Counted from the first letter of the stretch, positions 1 through 7,788 are shown. The stretch: 11,532 nucleotides of DNA from Candidatus Thorarchaeota archaeon (GCA_048882385.1 JBHLRQ010000092.1:1-11532); one strand, 5' to 3'. Made by a program: numbers and translations. The notes: a model not told the origin generated them from the sequence alone.

Positions 1-572
1 AGTGTTCCCGCTCCATGATGAAGTGGTCCCACATGTTCCCTGAGGGCGGCATGCAGCGCATTCGTAAAATCACCATCATCTAACGATTGAATGAGCGCTG
101 AGAGTGATGGATTGTCAGGATCATCCATTGGTAGAATTAACGCGGTCTGAAAATCAATGACATCCTGTTTACTCAGTGCAGTACCTTTAGCCAATCTTAG
201 GAAATTAGCGGCATGATTCAATTCTCGATTTTGCTGATTGATTTTTGGATGCACTAATTGGTTTGCGATTATTATTGGACATAGCGTGACAAAAGCAAGT
301 AAGGTATCATGCAAGTCAAGATTGGAATGTGTCCTGAAGTTTCCCAATCGATCAATCAAGTTGCCTATTGACTTTATATCGTGAGTATAGAACCCTCTGA
401 ACGATTTCATTCTCTGGATGAGGTCCATTCTCTGACGAGAAGTAGGTAAATTTCCATTGACGAGTAAGAATAAGACCGATTCGAAGTCTGTTGTTCTAGC
501 GAGTTCTACTGCATTAAATCCTCTAAAATAGAGCTGATTCGTCGAAGGGTCAATCTCACTTATTGGCTCCAT
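1..572 (-). CDS. Divergent citrate synthase / 2-methylcitrate synthase family protein, N-terminal 190 aa (3' end outside window)
   Basis: Hand translation from ATG at 572 is open to the window edge: MEPISEIDPSTNQLYFRGFNAVELARTTDFESVLFLLVNGNLPT...LNHAANFLRL...LILPMDDPDNPSLS...HVGPLHHGAGT. This matches the citrate synthase patterns IsxIDgxxgxLxYRGy, FEevxyLLlxGxLP, xxAxNFL and GPLHGGA. Not in the ORF track because it has no stop in the window. Confidence 0.85.
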   Translation of the reverse strand, partial: MEPISEIDPSTNQLYFRGFNAVELARTTDFESVLFLLVNGNLPTSRQRMDLIQRMKSFRGFYTHDIKSIGNLIDRLGNFRTHSNLDLHDTLLAFVTLCPIIIANQLVHPKINQQNRELNHAANFLRLAKGTALSKQDVIDFQTALILPMDDPDNPSLSALIQSLDDGDFTNALHAALREHVGPLHHGAGT

Positions 573-585
573 CAGAGGTTTCCCC

Positions 586-622
586 AAAAATATAGTAGTG
601 AGTCCCTCTTTTCGAGGAACTC
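586..622 (-). terminator. Putative hairpin plus U-tract terminator after gap
   Basis: Minus strand GAGTTCCTC-GAAAA-GAGGGACTC (622-600) forms a 9-bp stem with one G-U pair, starting 8 nt after the gap stop. It is followed by ACTACTATA and TTTTT (590-586). Confidence 0.5.
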
Positions 623-630
623 TATCTCAC

Positions 631-1641
631 TCACATCTTTTTCCCAATCACTTCTGCTAGGTCAGCAAGACGATGACTATAGCCAGCTTCATTGTCATAC
701 CAACCGACGACTTTGATTAAATTACCAATGACCTTGGTTAATTGTGAGTCAAAACTACAGGAATGTGGATCGCCAATGAAATCAGAGGAAACGAGTGGTT
801 CATCAAGATAGGCTAAATATGGAACAAGACTTCCCTTTTCAGAAGCCTTCTTGAACGCTTCATTAACGCTGTCTGCTGATGCATCTTTGTCAACAATTAC
901 ATTCATGTCTACGACTGAAGCATCCATCACTGGAACTCTGAATGCCATTCCGTCTAGTTTTCCTGCTGCTTTTGGATATACCAATCCAATTGCTGTTGCA
1001 GCACCAGTCGAGGTTGGGACAATGTTCCAGCATGCAGCTCGTGCTCTTCTCAAGTCTTTGTGAGGTCCATCCAACATAACTTGGTCATTTGTTACAGCAT
1101 GGATTGTAGTCATCTGTCCCCTCACAATCTCAAACGCTTCATCCAAAACCTTCACCATGGGCGCCAAGCAGTTTGTAGTACAAGATGCATTTGATATTAC
1201 ATTATGCTTTCCAGGATCATAGTCGTCATCATTTACACCTGGAACAACAGTAAGCATATCGCCACCTTTTCCTGGAGCACTGAGTATGACTTTCTTTGCT
1301 CCAGCGGCTATATGTTTGTCAGCAGCTTCTCTCGTTCTAAACAAACCAGTTGATTCAATTACAATGTCAACTCCTAAATCTCCCCAAGGCAGATTTGCTG
1401 GGTCTCTTTCTGAGAGAACCTTGATTTCATCACCGTTTACTGTTATTGTTCCTTTTCCTGCTTCAACAGTACCTTCAAAACGGCCCATAACTGTGTCGTA
1501 CTTCATTAAATGAGCAAGTGTTGTTTCGTTCGTTAGGTCATTTGCAGCAATAACGTCGAATCCCTTTTTTGATTCCAAGACCGCTCGTAGAAAACCTCGG
1601 CCTATTCTTCCAAAACCGTTGATACCAACACGAATAGTCAT
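631..1641 (-). CDS. gap: Class I (bacterial-type) glyceraldehyde-3-phosphate dehydrogenase, probably NAD-dependent, 336 aa
   Basis: GINGFGRIGR Rossmann motif, catalytic NASCTTNCLAP, TTIHAVTNDQ (catalytic His), S-loop LDGPHKDLRRARAA, AFRVP, and WYDNE. SD AGGTGA at 1654-1649. Confidence 0.98.
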   Translation of the reverse strand: MTIRVGINGFGRIGRGFLRAVLESKKGFDVIAANDLTNETTLAHLMKYDTVMGRFEGTVEAGKGTITVNGDEIKVLSERDPANLPWGDLGVDIVIESTGLFRTREAADKHIAAGAKKVILSAPGKGGDMLTVVPGVNDDDYDPGKHNVISNASCTTNCLAPMVKVLDEAFEIVRGQMTTIHAVTNDQVMLDGPHKDLRRARAACWNIVPTSTGAATAIGLVYPKAAGKLDGMAFRVPVMDASVVDMNVIVDKDASADSVNEAFKKASEKGSLVPYLAYLDEPLVSSDFIGDPHSCSFDSQLTKVIGNLIKVVGWYDNEAGYSHRLADLAEVIGKKM

Positions 1642-1648
1642 TTGTCTA

Positions 1649-1700
1649 TCACCTGTGTGTGATTGTATGTTCTGAGAGGTTCTTGCTTTGATATATCTTT
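1649..1700 (-). promoter_or_regulatory. gap RBS (AGGTGA, 1654-1649) and candidate TATA-like element (AAAGATATATC, 1700-1690)
   Basis: The SD is 7 nt before the ATG. The AT-rich box is about 50 nt upstream, and a similar GATATAT lies upstream of the M20 gene. The RBS is well supported; the promoter is inferred. Confidence 0.45.
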
Positions 1701-1702
1701 AC

Positions 1703-2935
1703 TCATAGAACTTCTTTTTGCTCACTTATGATGCGTTCATATTTGCGCATTCCATATGCGTAAATTGGGACTAGGATGAAACCTGAAAGGCCCACAAGTA
1801 TGAATGGTGCAGTTGGATCAAGATAATCCCAAAGGACCCCTCCAACTAGCGGGGCTAAGAATCGTGAGAATCCCATTACTGCTTCAAAGAAACCAAATCC
1901 TTCGCTTGCTCTTCCTTCATAAGCAGTACCAAATACAGATGACATCACAGTGTATGCTGTAATGGAGGTTATACTTCCTATTGCAAATAGGATTCCGACA
2001 ATTATGAGATCGTAAGGCGGTTGAATAAGTGTTGGTATGACAATTAAACCTAACGTACTCATCGCACCAACAATTACTGCAGCAGAAACTATTCCTACTT
2101 TGCTTGCATGGTCAGCAAACCTGCCCATGTATCCGCCCAATACTCCTGCAAGTATTCCACCTGGTAGATACACTAGGGCAACTAATAGAATATCAGTTGT
2201 AAAGACTTCAAGAATGTATAGCTCCACAAACGGTGACAATAAAGCTGTGATGAATGTATCAATGGCAGCTGCAAGAACAAGTGCTGCTATTCCAATTCCT
2301 ATTGCACTCTTCACCAAAGATTCTGTTATCGATTCAGTTTGTTTTTCCATAGGAGGTTTCTTTCTGATGACAATAATGCCACCTATCAAATTGGTAATTG
2401 CGTAAAGGATAAACACCGGAATTGCATTTCCATCAAAACCAAATAAGACATTGAATCCAACAATTGCACCTATCACACTTCCTCGGCCATTGGATGCTGA
2501 TCTTCTACCAAAGGCTTCTGCTCTGTTCTCTCTCATGACACGTTCGGATATCTCAGCGTCACTACCGACCTGATAGAAAGCGGCTCCCAGTCCCCACACT
2601 AGGCTGTTGAGAATTAATAGAAGAATATTGACTAACAGGATCGATGCTGCCATTCCCAAATATGCAACTGATCGAACCAATGCACCAAAGAAGATTGATT
2701 CACGTCGCCTTCCCCGCTTCGCAAATCTCCCCGCCACAGGAGAGAAAATTGCTGCACCAAGAGTGAGCAATGAGAACACAAGAGCAACCTCTGTCGCACT
2801 GGCTCCCATCGATCCATATGCTATGATTGGAATCAAAAAACGAACAACAAAGAAGCCGAGACTACAGAAAAAAGCGGACTGATAAACGGATTTTAGGGAT
2901 CCCCAATCACTAGAATTTGACGTGTCCTCGATCAT
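1703..2935 (-). CDS. Major facilitator superfamily transporter (about 12 TM), substrate unknown, 410 aa
   Basis: Two pseudo-repeated hydrophobic halves with motif-A-like loops (PVAGRFAKRGRRR, GRFADHASK), ENRAEAFG / GRASEGFG, and LAPLVGGVL. SD GGAGG at 2948-2944. Confidence 0.92.
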   Translation of the reverse strand: MIEDTSNSSDWGSLKSVYQSAFFCSLGFFVVRFLIPIIAYGSMGASATEVALVFSLLTLGAAIFSPVAGRFAKRGRRRESIFFGALVRSVAYLGMAASILLVNILLLILNSLVWGLGAAFYQVGSDAEISERVMRENRAEAFGRRSASNGRGSVIGAIVGFNVLFGFDGNAIPVFILYAITNLIGGIIVIRKKPPMEKQTESITESLVKSAIGIGIAALVLAAAIDTFITALLSPFVELYILEVFTTDILLVALVYLPGGILAGVLGGYMGRFADHASKVGIVSAAVIVGAMSTLGLIVIPTLIQPPYDLIIVGILFAIGSITSITAYTVMSSVFGTAYEGRASEGFGFFEAVMGFSRFLAPLVGGVLWDYLDPTAPFILVGLSGFILVPIYAYGMRKYERIISEQKEVL

Positions 2936-3039
2936 CTCTCTATCCTCCTGAAAATAGTAAGAGGAGATATGGAATACATAACTCCCCTTTCTTAATCCTT
3001 ATTACGAAAGCAATACTAATTGATTGTGGAGTGAAAGAT

Positions 3040-3192
3040 ATGGGTGATCATACTCAACATATGTGTGAGTTTGCGAAGCATCATAACGTCGCAGAAATGC
3101 GAGAGCGCGTAAAAGATGCTAAGTTCATCTGTGAAGTATGTGGTCGTGCTGCAAACAGTAAGGACTATCTTTGCAGACCTGTTAAATTGTAG
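3040..3192 (+). CDS. Small Cys/His-rich putative metal-binding protein, 50 aa
   Basis: MGDHTQHMCEFAKHHNVAEMRERVKDAKFICEVCGRAANSKDYLCRPVKL has 4 Cys including a CxxC. SD-like GGAGTGA lies just upstream of ATG 3040 and a strong hairpin lies just downstream. This is the 3' part of track ORF 2917..3192. Confidence 0.8.
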   Translation: MGDHTQHMCEFAKHHNVAEMRERVKDAKFICEVCGRAANSKDYLCRPVKL

Positions 3193-3200
3193 ATTTTACT

Positions 3201-3249
3201 AAATCATCAATCTTCTGGAGAATCAAATCCGATCTCCAGAAGATGATTT
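3201..3249. terminator. Inverted repeat between convergent genes; probable bidirectional terminator or stability hairpin
   Basis: Perfect 12-bp arms ATCTTCTGGAGA (3210-3221) and TCTCCAGAAGAT (3233-3244) with an 11-nt loop. AAATC/GATTT extends the stem by 5 bp past a 4-nt bulge. It lies between the stops at 3192 (+) and 3254 (-). Confidence 0.65.
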
Positions 3250-3253
3250 CATT

Positions 3254-4240
3254 TTATTGAATATAACACGCAACATAGTGACCAGGTGCCACTTCGTGTA
3301 ACATTGGTTCTTCCGGTTTACAGTAAACACCTTCCTCTTGACATCGGGGCTTGAATCGGCAACCGGGTGGCAAATTCACTGGTGTCGGTGTTTCACCCTC
3401 GAGCATGATCCTCTTTCGTTCAACAGTTGGATCAGGTATTGGGATGTTTGAAACCAAGGCTTTGGTATAGGGATGCTGTGGGTCTTGAATGACATCTTCC
3501 ATTGGTCCCATCTCAGCTATTCTTCCAAGGTACATTATGATGAGATAGTCCCCTATATACCTGGCTTGGGCAAGGTCGTGAGTGATGAAGATGTAAGTCA
3601 ATTCCTTTTCTCTTTGGAGGTCAGTCATAAGGTTCATGACCTCTGTTCGAATACTGGCATCCAGCATTGAAACTGGTTCATCCGCGATAATCAGGTCTGG
3701 TTTTAGTATTAATGATCTAGCAATGGCTATTCTCTGTAGTTGACCACCCGATAGTTCATGAGTGTACCTTGTGGCAAAATTTTCTGCTGGAATAAGTCGT
3801 ACGTCTTCTAGTGACTTGATGACTTTGTCATAGAGAATCTCGTCACTCTCTTCGATTCCATGGATGATCAGTCCTTCACCCACAAGATCCATAACTGTGT
3901 GTCTAGGGTCAAGAACCTCAAATGGATTCTGGAAAATCAACTGCATCTTGAGTCTGAGTTCACTCAGCTGAATACGATTCATCTCAAAGATGTTCTCGTT
4001 ATTGTAGAACACAGAACCTGATGTAGGTTCAGTGAGCCGGAGTATAGTTCTAGCAAGAGTTGTCTTTCCACAACCACTCTCTCCTGCGATGGCAATGGAT
4101 CCTCCTCTGGGAACATCAAAACTAACACCATCAACTGCCTTGACATAGATTGGTTCTCTTCTGAATGAGAATAGTCCAGATCTAAGTGTGAACCACTTTC
4201 TGAGATCTTGAACACTCAGTATAATATCGTTGGATGCCAT
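3254..4240 (-). CDS. oppF: Oligopeptide/dipeptide ABC transporter ATP-binding subunit (OppF/DppF), 328 aa
   Basis: Walker A GESGCGKT, signature LSGGQLQR, Walker B IIADEP, H-loop FITHD, and C-terminal HPY domain with 4 Cys. SD GGAGGTGA (4255-4248) lies inside the end of oppD. Confidence 0.95.
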   Translation of the reverse strand: MASNDIILSVQDLRKWFTLRSGLFSFRREPIYVKAVDGVSFDVPRGGSIAIAGESGCGKTTLARTILRLTEPTSGSVFYNNENIFEMNRIQLSELRLKMQLIFQNPFEVLDPRHTVMDLVGEGLIIHGIEESDEILYDKVIKSLEDVRLIPAENFATRYTHELSGGQLQRIAIARSLILKPDLIIADEPVSMLDASIRTEVMNLMTDLQREKELTYIFITHDLAQARYIGDYLIIMYLGRIAEMGPMEDVIQDPQHPYTKALVSNIPIPDPTVERKRIMLEGETPTPVNLPPGCRFKPRCQEEGVYCKPEEPMLHEVAPGHYVACYIQ

Positions 4241-5218
4241 TTACTGTTCACCTCCAAGTTCAAGTTCTCCAGCAAAATGACATTTTGCATAGTGACCCGA
4301 ACTGATCTCTCTGAACTCGGGTATCTCTTCACTACAGATTTTCTGTGCGAAGGGGCATCTTGGATGGAATCTGCAACCCGATGGTAGATTGAGTAAATTA
4401 GGAGGTGTTCCTGGAATGAACTCAAGTCTTTTCTTGGGACCCACAACACTCGGAAATGCACCTATTAGCTTGTAAGAATATGGATGAAGACTGTTCTTGA
4501 ACACATCTTCTGCATCGCCCACTTCAACAAGATTTCCCGCATACATGATTCCAACATCATGGCAATTTTCCGCAACGACAGATAGATCATGAGTTATGAA
4601 AAGAACTGCAAGACTGTATTTGTCCTGAAGCTTTCTGAGAAGGTCTAGTATCTTATTCTGAACAATGACATCCAAAGCTGTAACAGGTTCATCTGCGATT
4701 ATTAGTTGAGGATCACAGGCAAGAGCCTGAGCTATGATGGCTCTTTGTAACATTCCCCCGCTGAATTCATGAGGATAATCATTCTGTCTTTCAGGCTTAA
4801 GACCCACCTCATCAAATAGCGTCGAAACTGTAAGCACAGCCTCTTCTTCAGAAACATCATCCTTCTCACGGATTACCTCAACAATCTGTCGACCAATTCG
4901 AAGAACTGGGTTGAATGCATTCATAGCATATTGAAATACAATTGAAGCCTTTTTCCAACGAATCTTTCTCATCTCATCATCACTGAGATCGGTAAGTTCT
5001 AAGCCTCCAAGACGTACACTGCCACGCGCAATCTTTCCATTTTCTGCTAGGATTCGCATGATACTATATGCTGTAGTTGTTTTTCCGCAGCCTGATTCTC
5101 CAGCGAGACCTAGCGTTCTTTTGATTTCAATATCAAAAGATACACCATCAACAGCCTTGAGTTCCTTACCACCAAGGTAATAGTATGTTGCTAGATCTCT
5201 TACTTCCAAGATAGCCAT
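4241..5218 (-). CDS. oppD: Oligopeptide/dipeptide ABC transporter ATP-binding subunit (OppD/DppD), 325 aa
   Basis: GESGCGKT, YPHEFSGGMLQR, IIADEP, FITHD, HPY, and GCRFHPRCP...C...HYAKC. SD GGAGG at 5232-5228. Confidence 0.95.
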   Translation of the reverse strand: MAILEVRDLATYYYLGGKELKAVDGVSFDIEIKRTLGLAGESGCGKTTTAYSIMRILAENGKIARGSVRLGGLELTDLSDDEMRKIRWKKASIVFQYAMNAFNPVLRIGRQIVEVIREKDDVSEEEAVLTVSTLFDEVGLKPERQNDYPHEFSGGMLQRAIIAQALACDPQLIIADEPVTALDVIVQNKILDLLRKLQDKYSLAVLFITHDLSVVAENCHDVGIMYAGNLVEVGDAEDVFKNSLHPYSYKLIGAFPSVVGPKKRLEFIPGTPPNLLNLPSGCRFHPRCPFAQKICSEEIPEFREISSGHYAKCHFAGELELGGEQ

Positions 5219-6733
5219 CTATCCTTGCCTCCCTCGTAATCTTGGATTCACTACTTTGTCAGCAGTATGGCTGATGAACACGAAACCCAAAGTTGTCAAT
5301 AAGATCAGAATTCCTGGAGGGATGAACCACCACCAACGATTCGATAGCAGTGCTGCATTCTTCCAAGCCCAATGAAGAAGAATCCCCCAGCTTGGTTGTC
5401 CGTGTATGTCGACGAATCCAAGGAATGCTATTCCAGCTTCACTAAGGATTGCATTAACCACTCCGAGAATCATGTTTGCTAAGATAAGTGGGAATGTATT
5501 TGGCATTATATGTCTGAAAAGAATGTAAGTATCGCTTCCTCCTAGTGCATGAGCTGCTTCTGTCAAAGGCCGTTCTCTCAAAGACAGCGCCTCACTTCTT
5601 ACCATTCTAGCAGTACCTGTCCATGCGAGCATCGCAATGACAACGATGACATTCTGAAGCCCTTGCCCAAATATTACTAAAAAGATTAGCATTAGAGGTA
5701 GAGTAGGCAAGCACAGAAACACATCTGTAATTCTCATCAAGATTGTATCAATAATTCCTCCAAAGTAGCCTGAGATGAGTCCAATGAGAGTACCAATAAA
5801 CACTGCAACAACACTCGCAGTAAATCCAACAAGGAGTGAAATCTGCGAACCGTAAATCAATCTGCTATAGATATCTTCACCTCTATGATTTGTTCCCAAA
5901 ATATGTTCTGCGCTGGGAGGTGCAAGCAAATCCTCAAGGGCAAGAGACCCATCACCCCAATGGTAAGGAGCAATTAATGGTGCACAGATTGCTACAATTA
6001 CAATTGCTGAGATGATGAAAAGTCCAGCCATCCCCATTTTATGATGAAGAAACTCGTTCCAGAATGACTCAATATTTGGTCTTAGATTCCAGATAGCAAG
6101 GATGAACCTTGGCATCAATAGGAAAAGGGGAATTACTAATCCTGCGGGAATTAGAACTAAAGCACCAAGTCCTGCTGGAGTGAGATAAGCTGCAAATGGT
6201 CTCAACAGAACATCAGGAGTAAACATGAGTTCAATTAGCAAGATTGCAAGAATTCCACCAGCAACGATAGCTCGATAGAGTTTCAGTACCCTCTCTTTGT
6301 ATCTTGCAACTAGTTTAGGTGTAAATAGAAAGATCCCAAAGAACAACAGTATTCCATATCCCATACCAAGGATCATGAACACAAGGATACAGACGAATGC
6401 CAACAAAACCTTCTGTGTATACCTTCCTGCTTTATACAAGTACACCTTCTCACCTAGAGCTGCAAACCAAACTGAGATTACGAACGCAAGAATACCGAAT
6501 ACGCGAATCAATAGGATGAACGAATTGGTTTGAGATTCTGTGAGTCCTGCAAAGGTAAATCCTAAAGATCCTGCAATTGCAGCCGCAAAGAGATCAACAA
6601 AAATGAAAAGAGTGATTGAAATGAGTATGAATGAACCTAGAGAAACGATTCGCGTATGTAGTTTTTTCTGTGGTATATCCATTACAACTTTAGTTTCACT
6701 GCTTTTTATCTTAGGTTCTATGGGTATCGCCAT
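5219..6733 (-). CDS. oppC: Peptide ABC transporter permease (OppC/DppC) with a long N-terminal membrane extension, 504 aa
   Basis: The C-terminal about 280 aa are canonical OppC: APPSAEHILGTNHRGEDIYSRLIYG, EAAHALGGS (EAA loop), ILSEAGIAFLG, PSWG, WWWFIPPG, and NPR. ATG at 6733 has GGAGG at 6745-6741; the track start at 6736 is a TTG one codon earlier. Confidence 0.93.
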   Translation of the reverse strand: MAIPIEPKIKSSETKVVMDIPQKKLHTRIVSLGSFILISITLFIFVDLFAAAIAGSLGFTFAGLTESQTNSFILLIRVFGILAFVISVWFAALGEKVYLYKAGRYTQKVLLAFVCILVFMILGMGYGILLFFGIFLFTPKLVARYKERVLKLYRAIVAGGILAILLIELMFTPDVLLRPFAAYLTPAGLGALVLIPAGLVIPLFLLMPRFILAIWNLRPNIESFWNEFLHHKMGMAGLFIISAIVIVAICAPLIAPYHWGDGSLALEDLLAPPSAEHILGTNHRGEDIYSRLIYGSQISLLVGFTASVVAVFIGTLIGLISGYFGGIIDTILMRITDVFLCLPTLPLMLIFLVIFGQGLQNVIVVIAMLAWTGTARMVRSEALSLRERPLTEAAHALGGSDTYILFRHIMPNTFPLILANMILGVVNAILSEAGIAFLGFVDIHGQPSWGILLHWAWKNAALLSNRWWWFIPPGILILLTTLGFVFISHTADKVVNPRLRGRQG

Positions 6734-6746
6734 CAAATTGCCTCCA

Positions 6747-7739
6747 TCAATATCGGATCCTCGGATCCAAGTACAGGTATAGAATATCAGCCAAGAAATT
6801 TGACAATACTGTCACTGTTGCTAAGAACAGGAATATCCCTTGGAGTACTGGATAGTCTACGGTTAGTACTGAATTATATGTCAAAAGCCCCAATCCACTC
6901 CAACTAAACACATACTCTGTCATCATGGCTCCGCTAATGAGGTATGGCATGTTGACAGCAATGACACTCACCATGGGGAGCATAGCATTTCGCATTGCAT
7001 GACCATAGAGAATGGTTCGCTCCTTGAGACCTTTTGCTTTTGCGGCTAGTATGTAATCCTGAGTGAAAACATCTAATACAGAATCCCTCATAATGAGATA
7101 GAATCCTCCGATGAAGGATAATGTAAGTACAATAAATGGTCCTGTCATATGGTGCAAATAGTCAAACATGTATGAAATGAAATCTGTGTGCTCTAGACCC
7201 CGAGTTATAGTTCCTGCAAGAGGAATCAAATTTGCTAAAAATCCAAAATAGTATAGGATGAGTACTCCAATCCAGAAAACGGGGAGTGCATAAGCTACAA
7301 GAAAGATTACAGTTGACCCCGAATCAACTAGTGTGTCACGACGGGCAGCAGCAAGTACTCCCATCACCATTCCAATAAGGATAGCTACAAACATTGAAGC
7401 TCCCATGAGGATGAAGGTGTTAGCAAATCTGAAATCGAAAATAACGTTCATTACTGGTTGGTTAAAATGAGAGAAGGACACACCTAAATCGCCATTAAAC
7501 AGATTGACAATATACAGCCAGTATTGTTCAATCAGTGGTCTGTTCAGACCAAATCTTGCTTCAAGTGATGCTCGAACTTCTGGAGATAGTCCTTCACCAA
7601 GCAAAGCCTGACGAGGGTCACCTGGCATTATTCTGAATATAACGAAATTGAGAGTAATAATGAGAAACCAAATAAGAATAGTCTGAGCCACTCTCTGACC
7701 AATATATCTCCATGTCCCAATGGATTTACGAGTTGACAA
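6747..7739 (-). CDS. oppB: Peptide ABC transporter permease (OppB/DppB), 330 aa, TTG start
   Basis: MPGDP, GLNRPLIEQY, GDLGVS, DYILAAKAKGL (EAA loop), HAMRNAMLP, EYVFSWSGLG, DYPVLQG, and LDPRIR. GGAG lies about 10 nt upstream of the TTG. Confidence 0.95.
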   Translation of the reverse strand: MSTRKSIGTWRYIGQRVAQTILIWFLIITLNFVIFRIMPGDPRQALLGEGLSPEVRASLEARFGLNRPLIEQYWLYIVNLFNGDLGVSFSHFNQPVMNVIFDFRFANTFILMGASMFVAILIGMVMGVLAAARRDTLVDSGSTVIFLVAYALPVFWIGVLILYYFGFLANLIPLAGTITRGLEHTDFISYMFDYLHHMTGPFIVLTLSFIGGFYLIMRDSVLDVFTQDYILAAKAKGLKERTILYGHAMRNAMLPMVSVIAVNMPYLISGAMMTEYVFSWSGLGLLTYNSVLTVDYPVLQGIFLFLATVTVLSNFLADILYLYLDPRIRY

Positions 7740-7788
7740 TTCTGCTCTCTCCAGTCTTCAATTGCTTCTTCATAGGTAGTGAAACCCC

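Noticed and set aside
631-1641. Erythrose-4-phosphate dehydrogenase (epd), or ancestor of eukaryotic GapC
   Set aside because: It retains the Thr of HxxTxDQ and the PTSTG motif that Epd replaces, and its S-loop is not of the GapC type.
851-2882. ORFs 851..1063, 1286..1513, 2037..2405, 2607..2882 (+) and 2632..2817 (-)
   Set aside because: Antisense or off-frame shadows lying wholly inside gap and the MFS gene, with no motifs.
2934-2970. Weak inverted repeat around the MFS RBS (TATCCTCCT ... GAGGAGATA)
   Set aside because: Imperfect, low-complexity purine/pyrimidine pairing that is not distinguishable from chance.
2917-3039. 41-codon N-terminal extension of the 91-aa track ORF 2917..3192
   Set aside because: It overlaps the MFS start and RBS and spans the divergent promoter. 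ATG 3040 has its own SD and gives a compact protein.
3201-3249. Inverted repeat as a MITE/REP or CRISPR repeat
   Set aside because: Single copy in the window, no target-site duplication, no spacers and no transposase. Its position between convergent stops fits a terminator.
5219-5221. In-frame TAG between oppC and oppD as pyrrolysine recoding
   Set aside because: oppD has its own SD and ATG immediately after the stop, OppC ends at its usual NPR tail, and no pyl genes are visible.
6753-6768. Tandem TCGGATCC x2
   Set aside because: It encodes the conserved DPRIR C-terminus of OppB, so it is a coding coincidence.
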